A stretch of DNA of 62,926 bases, counting the filler, from Intoshia linei (taxonomy: Eukaryota; Animalia; Orthonectida): the NCBI GenBank assembly GCA_001642005.1. It is 8 parts of 8 records of this genome, joined end to end, with 100 filler letters (N's around TTAATTAATTAA, not from the genome) between each part and the next. Parts side by side here need not be neighbours in the genome. Positions count along the whole stretch, not along the records: positions 54,839 to 58,124 come from LWCA01002369.1; positions 58,225 to 59,851 come from LWCA01002546.1; positions 59,952 to 62,926 come from LWCA01002177.1; 5 more parts are not named here. One strand, given 5' to 3'. Shown piece after piece: positions 55,941 through 62,926 of the stretch (position 1 is the first letter of the stretch; each line of letters opens with the position of its first letter). The notes below the pieces were generated by a model. It was given only the letters and a program-made list of their open reading frames with translations. It had not been told where the DNA came from and ran no database searches. Position numbers and translations under genes: made by a program.

Positions 55941-56444
55941 AGTGCTTTTCAACTTTTTTGAGCATTCACCCCCTATGACACATATTTTTGTTCTATTCAC
56001 CCCTGTCGTGAAAAATTTTATGTCTACCAATTGAACAATAATTGAGATCAATATAAAAACAGTATTACACTAACAAAACAAAGTAATTGAGCAGTGTATT
56101 TTAAGCCAGATTAATTTTAGGTGAAATAACAGCGTGCAAAATGAACGAAATTGTGTATTATTATAAGCCAAAATGGGTCTTATTTAGTTTAAGCCCACTC
56201 AATAATAACTTTATTCACAATTTTAAGCAGTCATTTGAAAATAAATTTGTATAATTCAAATTTTCGTAATTATTTTAAATAGAATTTTTAAAAAATATTT
56301 ATTAGTTTATTTCAGGTATAGAAATACATATTTTCATTACTTAATCATTAAAAGTTTTAATTAAAATATATCTTTTATAGGTACTTTATATTAAGTATTA
56401 GATTATCAACATTAATTTGTAAATTTGTTTCGTCTTTTTAATGA

Positions 56445-56580
56445 AGCCCATAACGATTCAATCTTATTTGTGTGGTAACCTGTCAGGGTCCACAAAATTT
56501 TGTGAGTGGTTTACCACGCCATGGTCGAAGCCATATAATGGAATTCTCGTATAGGATCTCAAGCCATCAGACATAATAAT
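56445..56580 (-). mobile_element. Merlin (IS1595/ISXO2-like) transposase fragment
   Basis: IIMSDGLRSYTRIPLYGFDHGVVNHSQNFVDPD / HTNKIESL: the SDxxxSY...VNHS..FV.P..HTNxIE signature, frameshifted. Confidence 0.8.
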
Positions 56581-58124
56581 AACATAATAAAAATATTAAA
56601 AAAAATAGAATATTTAATATTTTCAAGTGTTAAATTAATTTCTAATTATGAACACAATTATATATTCAGTCTAAAATTCAGAAAAGATTATTCACTTGTA
56701 AGCGAAATATTTGCATAAACGTTCAAATTAAATCAATTTAAATACACATAACTCGGGCAGATTTTCATTTGACTAGTAATAAATCTAGATTAAATTTATT
56801 GAAAAATCAAAATAAATGTATAAATTAATTTTTTAATTTATTTTTGTATCAAGTTGTTCGACTTAATTGACGGTTTTGATTGGCCTAATATTTTTTTAAT
56901 AAAAACACATTAGAAAAAAATTTCTGAAAATAGCATTAAATCTAACACACCTAGTTTTAGTTTTGCTGCCATCACTGGCCTAGATCTTTGTACGACAGAA
57001 TCTCACAAATTTGCAAGTAGATTCGACTATCAGAATTGTAGATCTATGCATTAGTTAAATGTTAGCATTATTAGTTAATAAAAAAACGCGTTCTATCTAT
57101 TCTATTGATATTTTTCCAAAGCATGACACATTATCGAACTACTGTAAATTTTTCTAAATACCTGCGGTTACCTATGTAATATAATAAAGTTTCATTCTTT
57201 AAATTAATATTGAAATATGCCTCAACATAAATTAATNTCAGACATAATAATAACATAATAAAAATATTAAAAAAAATAGAATATTTAATATTTTCAAGTG
57301 TTAAATTAATTTCTAATTATGAACAAAATTATATATTCAGTCTGAAATTAACAAAAGATTATTCACTTGTAAGCGAAATATTTGCATAAACGGTCAAATT
57401 AAATCAATTTAAATACACATAACTCGGGCAGATTTTCATTTGACTAGTAATAAATCTAAATTAAATTTATTAAGAAATCTAAATAAATGTAAAAATTATT
57501 TTTTTAATTTATTTTTGCATCAAGTTGTTCGACTTAATTGACGGTTTTGATTGGCCTAATATTTTTTTAATAAAAACACATTAGAAAAAAATTTCTGAAA
57601 ATAGCATTAAATCTAACACACCTAGTTTTAGTTTTGCTGCCATCACTAGCCTAGATCTTTGTACGACAGAATCTCACAAATTTGCAAGTAGATTCGACTA
57701 TCAGAATTGTAGATCTATGCATTAGTTAAATGTTAGCATTATTAGTTAATAAAAAAACGCGTTCTATCTACTCTATTGATATTTTTCCAAAGCATGACAC
57801 ATTATCGAACTACTGTAAATTTTTCTAAATACCTGCGGTTACCTATGTAATATAATAAAGTTTCATTCTTTAAATTAATATTGAAATATGCCTCAACATA
57901 AATTAATTGCCAAGAAAGGTAATAAGCAAAAAACTAGCAGAAAAAAAGTAGTAAATCTAACAAAAGGCAAAAAGTAATTTACATTAATTTAATCCACAAG
58001 TTTATTCATATCAAATTAACCACATTATATANAAATAAATGTATAAATTAATTTTTTAATTTATTTTTGTATCAAGTTGTTCGACTTAATTGACGGTTTT
58101 GATTGGCCTAATATTTTTTTAATA
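56568..58124. repeat. Near-identical ~670-bp tandem duplication plus a partial third copy
   Basis: 56568-57236 is nearly identical to 57240-57908, joined at a single N. A third fragment at 58033-58124 also follows an N. Likely an assembly or haplotype artefact. Confidence 0.7.
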
Positions 58125-58389
58125 NNNNNNNNNNNNNNNNNNNNNNNNNNNNNNNNNNNNNNNNNNNNTTAATTAATTAANNNNNNNNNNNNNNNNNNNN
58201 NNNNNNNNNNNNNNNNNNNNNNNNAATAATGTGAAACAAATTTAATATAAAATTAAATTAGAATACTAATTATAATATTACACATAAATAATTTACCATT
58301 TAAACTATATCAAATTAATTTGTCTTATCATATCTGTCTTAATTAGTCTTTTAACAATTGATTGATCAATTACATCATGTTTAAGGTTT

Positions 58390-58785
58390 ACATCAAATTA
58401 TCTACAAAATGATTTAGTGTTAACTGATTTACAAAGTTTTAATGATGATTTATTCTTAATTAGTCCCAAATCGTATTTGAAATTATTGTTTAGTTTAAAT
58501 AATTTTTACAATTTGATTAATAATTTTTAAGTAGCAGTAATTCTATAAAAGTCGTTTTTTTCCAAATCTTTAATCTTTTTAGTCAAATTCACAATGCAAT
58601 TTAATAATTTATTATAACTAAATTTTATTTATTCATTTCTTTTAATTAATTTACGCAGACATGTTTTCTCTCTTATGAACATGATACTTTTTTATCAACA
58701 TGTTGTTTTGACTCTGTTCGTCTGACTATGTTATAAAATCTACTTTTTTTAGTAATTTTTTTTCGTGAAATTTTAATTGTCGCAT
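58390..58785 (-). pseudogene. IMP3: IMP3 (U3 snoRNP protein) intron-containing pseudogene
   Basis: MRQLKFHEKKLLKKVDFIT*...KYHVHKRE..A|YNKL...KIKDLEKNDFYRITAT*KLLIKL|YDLGLI...LCKSVNTKSFCR. Two stops, an acceptor reading AA and a donor reading AT. Confidence 0.85.
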
Positions 58786-60045
58786 TAATATTAAATTATT
58801 TAAATGTAGGTAACTTTATTTGTATTAATGTATTATTATTGATTTCAGTTTTTTTGAGTGATAAATGCTTAAAATCAAATACAGCATCCATTTAAAAATG
58901 GTAGTTCAGGATAATGATTTCAGGTGTTGAACTTTGACAATCGGTCATGTTGTACATTTTCCAGAATTTTTATGTAAAATTTTAAGTTTAATAGCTTTTT
59001 TTAAAACACGTGTTCTAATAATCAGTATGAACAATAATAAAAATGATTTGATGAAAAATTCTTTTTAGAATCAATTTTAGATTAAAAATCTAACAAATTA
59101 AAAATCTTTATTCTTTATATAATAAATTGACAAAAATTTTAATACAAGTTTTTAATTGTTGTTATTGTGATTCTGTAAGAATATTTAGAGACATTTAAAC
59201 AGTAAAATTTTTATTAAATTAAGTTAAATTTAACATAAAATTAAAGTAAAGTACAAGTGATATTTAAGATAGTGTCATAGATGCTACAGTAGTAAATAAC
59301 AAAATTGTAATATCTTCATGAAAATATTCAAAAAAAAGTACTTAAAGTTTAACCGTGATACGCACACAACTTTATCAAATTTTAATTAGCTAATTAATAT
59401 GCATAATATTAATATCATTATGCTTGTAATTTCATACCGATAAACATAACAAAAATAAACTTTATTAACTTTTGGCCGCCCTATTTATAATTTACATAAC
59501 ATTGTATTTCATACATCATGTCATAAAATTTGTAAATAGTGCAAAATTATAGGCTAACTAAATTTTATTTAACAAAATCGTCTATAAAATGGACACTGCG
59601 CAAGCACTAAATAGTTAAGTTTAATTATGGAGTACTGAGGGGTTCAGCTGACGTTGATAAATTTACTTATAAATTATAAGTTAATAATATAGTAGTTAAT
59701 AATTTAATTTACTTTAACACATTAAATGTATGTTTCAATTCCATTAAATATGAAAAAATAAGTTTGGACGTTTATATGGCTATTTTTGTAATGGTACTTC
59801 TTAATACTCTTCACCTCAAAAGTGTTGTACTAATGTATTACATTTTAAACTNNNNNNNNNNNNNNNNNNNNNNNNNNNNNNNNNNNNNNNNNNNNTTAAT
59901 TAATTAANNNNNNNNNNNNNNNNNNNNNNNNNNNNNNNNNNNNNNNNNNNNTTTATAAAATTCTAAGACTGGTAGTTATTGAAATAAAGTGGAACACACA
60001 CACACCAACAAATAATGCGTAGCATTATCAAAGTTAACTCTATTA

Positions 60046-61246
60046 CACTGGGAAACATTTTAACGCTTTTAAAAAGATTTCTCTTAGCTTTTATTTTTAA
60101 ATGATAAACCGAGTTGCAGAATGTATATTCTGACAGATCGAAAGAAATCTGTCTCCTAGTTACCGAAATAATATCACATTAATACTTAATATATTGAGCA
60201 TAATTTACCATAATCATAGGTTTTTTAAAGAATTTCTGTTACCTTTTTTCATAGTGCAATCTACACAAAAAAACAAAAATATAATCCCATTACACAAAAT
60301 TATTGACAAGGATTTTTTTAATATAAGTTTTAATAATGACCAATAAATAAAAAATATTAAATATATCAAGTTCTTTTCATCGTAAATGTCTAAAATAAAA
60401 TGTATAAATATATGTATCTGGATTTTATGAAAATTTTATGTTACATTTATGATTTGCCAAAAAATATATTCTTGTTCAGGTGGAAATTATTAAAAATAAA
60501 TGTAACAGAAAAATGAATAACATATGTTCACATTAATTAAAATAAAATTAAAATAACACTTGACCTTCAACAATATTCACCGAGCATATTTATCATAGAG
60601 CCACCTTGAAAATTACGTTCAAGAGGTTTGAGAATTTGATGATATCTTTCGCCGTGCTCATCAGACCACGCACCACAATTATCGACAAATGTTTCCGGGT
60701 GTGAATGTAACAGATGAATTTTAATGCTTAAGTAGCAATTATGACTTAATAAATTCTTTGATAATATTTTTATATGATGGATTGCGTTTGTTTCCCAAAA
60801 AATCTAAACATAATAATTTGAAGACATCCCAAGCATTCTTTTTGGATATTGGTAGAAATTCCGTAAATTCTTCTGATTTAAATAATTTTGTAAGTTTAGA
60901 TCCGGTGACGATGCCGTTTGACAATTTAGCATTTGTTAAATGTGATAATACACACATTAACGTGGGATTGATAGTTCTTAAAAGTTTGATAATGTGGCTC
61001 TCACAATATAATATTGTAAGAAATTGGCGTGCAAATTTTAACTTCAAATGTAATAGACGAGAAATTATTTTATTTTTTGGAATTAGAGGAATATTAATGC
61101 AATTGTATTCACCCACAACATGTTCCCGAACTGGCCAAGATTTTCTAGTATAGTGATCATCCCTGTATCGTAAATCAAATAAGCATAGATAACATGGATA
61201 TTTTAAAAATCTTCCCTTAATACCCATTAGAATATTAACCACCTTT
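60046..61246 (-). mobile_element. Chapaev3 (CMC) transposon 3' part
   Basis: KYPCYLCLFD..HY..SWP.R, LHLKL, KIHLLHSHPETFVDNCGAWSDEHGERYHQ, and a CACTGGGAAACA terminus at 60046. The 5' side abuts a Helitron-like 3' fragment (61250-61361). Confidence 0.8.
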
Positions 61247-61884
61247 AAGATTTGTATTTTTAAGTTAAATTTTCAACGTGAATTTATTTTTTTGGTATAA
61301 TAAAAATGTGCCTGGGCAGAGTTAGGTGCTGTTTGTACTTAGTACATAGCAGTCAATCTAGCACATTATAATTAATTTCATTTTTATATAAAATTTTTTA
61401 GTCAAAATATATATATAAAAATAAAAATAGTCTTTCTAGCTCCCCTAGGGGTGCTATCACCCGGTTAAGAAACGCTGTATAGCAGAATCTAAAATTGCTA
61501 AAAGGTAATATTTTTTAATCATCATTAATTATATGTAAAAAAATATAATGGGGACATAGAAGAACATTTAATAAAAAAGGAGCCATAGCTTCGAAAAAGT
61601 TGGGAAACCCTGTATTAGCTCATACATTAGTTTCTTCTATATTATTTTAGACAGCAACTTTTAGCGTAGGATTGGCATAATTTACATGGACAACACTTTT
61701 ATTCTCAACCTTTTTCATTTCGCGATCCCATTATAAATCTCAAAACGCCCGCAAATTTTGAAACCGCTCCGTTGAAAACCCTGTATATATTAACAATTAA
61801 TGTAAATAATTACAATTATATGTACAATGTATACACAGTAGAGTAAATATATTTTTCATAATAAATAATTATTTTCAGATTTTC

Positions 61885-62926
61885 TGGAGGGACAAGTAAA
61901 AATTTTGTTCGTTTCATTAATCTATACATCTGTACGAAATTTTACAAGTCTACCATAATGTTATAGTGGTGCTCAAGGGCGGGAAATATACTAAACATTG
62001 AGTTTTTTTGATTTTGATGAACGTTATGATTATAATAAAATATTATCATAATATAACAATCAATAATTATATTTTTATCATTCATACGTATCTGTATATC
62101 AAATTTTTAGAGTCAGCGTTGATGTTAAATAGTGTTTATTAAATGAAATAGTAAATTACAAATAAATTGATATTTTTATTATCGTCATCTAAAAATTTAT
62201 TTACTTTTCAAAATTAATCTACCATTTAATGTTACCAACAAGATCCAAAGACAATATATGGTTAATTGGGTATGTTATGAAAGATTTTGCTTACTATAAT
62301 TTTCCAACAATGAGATGTATTGAAGATTTATTTTTATCATGTTAATAATCACAGTAAAACGTATTTGTTCTCTGAAATTGTTAATTTAACTGTAATGAAG
62401 GTTATGGATTTGTGGAGTACTAGTACCATTCCGATTAAACATAAAAACCATATTATAAATAAGTTAAAGAAATACTGCCAACTCTATAGCCTATTAAAAA
62501 AAAATAAAAATAGACGATCCAATTCTCAAATACTCCGTGAAGAAAATTTTATTACTTTTATGGATAAATTATTCGATATATCACACACAAATGCAGAATT
62601 AATTTATTTTCATGCTGAAGATATGTGTTTTCTGCGTGATCAGAGAAATGAAAGAAATATGACTTTTGGTAAGCTGGATAATGACCATAATCGTAAATAC
62701 AAAAAAAATGGAACGTGAGGAGGCAGAATTGCAACGGAAATTGACAGAGAGAAACAGATTTATTATATCACAATTACAACAACCTAAAATTAATGGTATT
62801 AAGTGTTATAACAATTGTGTGGATTCAATTCAAAATGATGTAAACTTGAATAAAGCACATCATGGTGGGCACGTATCAAAACTGTATTGTCAGGATATTG
62901 CAAAGGCTTGTATAAAAACACACACT
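61885..62926 (+). mobile_element. hATm-like transposase N-terminal region, disrupted
   Basis: LWSTSTIPIK..KL...KKNKNRR...E..F...DKLFDISH...ED..FLRDQR.ER.M.FGKLD pattern, with frameshift and stop. Confidence 0.65.

Noticed and set aside
56568-58124. ~670-bp tandem duplication as a real segmental duplication
   Set aside because: The junctions coincide with single N bases, typical of unmerged overlapping contig ends or haplotypes.
34705-58730. Alternative genetic code (TAG = Trp) suggested by TAG at conserved Trp in both RNase T2 and IMP3
   Set aside because: Intact genes here use TGG for Trp and calpain terminates at TAG. Both affected loci carry additional disabling lesions.
17279-59951. Seven identical N44-TTAATTAATTAA-N44 blocks (17279, 36709, 39260, 42629, 54739, 58125, 59852)
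   Set aside because: Artificial scaffold-gap spacer carrying stops in all six frames; not biological.

Overview
Very AT-rich eukaryotic (metazoan) genomic scaffold with tiny GT-AG introns (mostly about 27-45 bp) and seven artificial 100-nt gaps (N44-TTAATTAATTAA-N44). The style suggests a highly reduced animal genome such as the orthonectid Intoshia linei; this is inference only. Manual splicing recovers these genes: NDUFA5 (+), a classical calpain (-), tRNA-Ser(AGA), R3HDM4 (-), LRR1 (+), STRIP1/FAM40 (+), NUP133 (-), a partial FAM136A (+), an orphan putatively secreted protein (+) and two unknown gene fragments. Intron-containing pseudogenes of RNase T2 and IMP3 are also present. Large introns and intergenic DNA carry many DNA transposons: Tigger/pogo nested with hAT, Tc1/Tc3, hAT MITEs with TSDs, hATm, Chapaev3, Merlin, and a multi-copy non-autonomous Helitron-like family. 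The most notable unexplained signal is a ~340-nt multi-helix RNA-like fold, with G-U pairs favouring the sense strand, inside the oversized calpain intron. Weaker candidates of the same kind lie in NDUFA5 and NUP133 introns. All exon models and folds were derived by eye, without tools.
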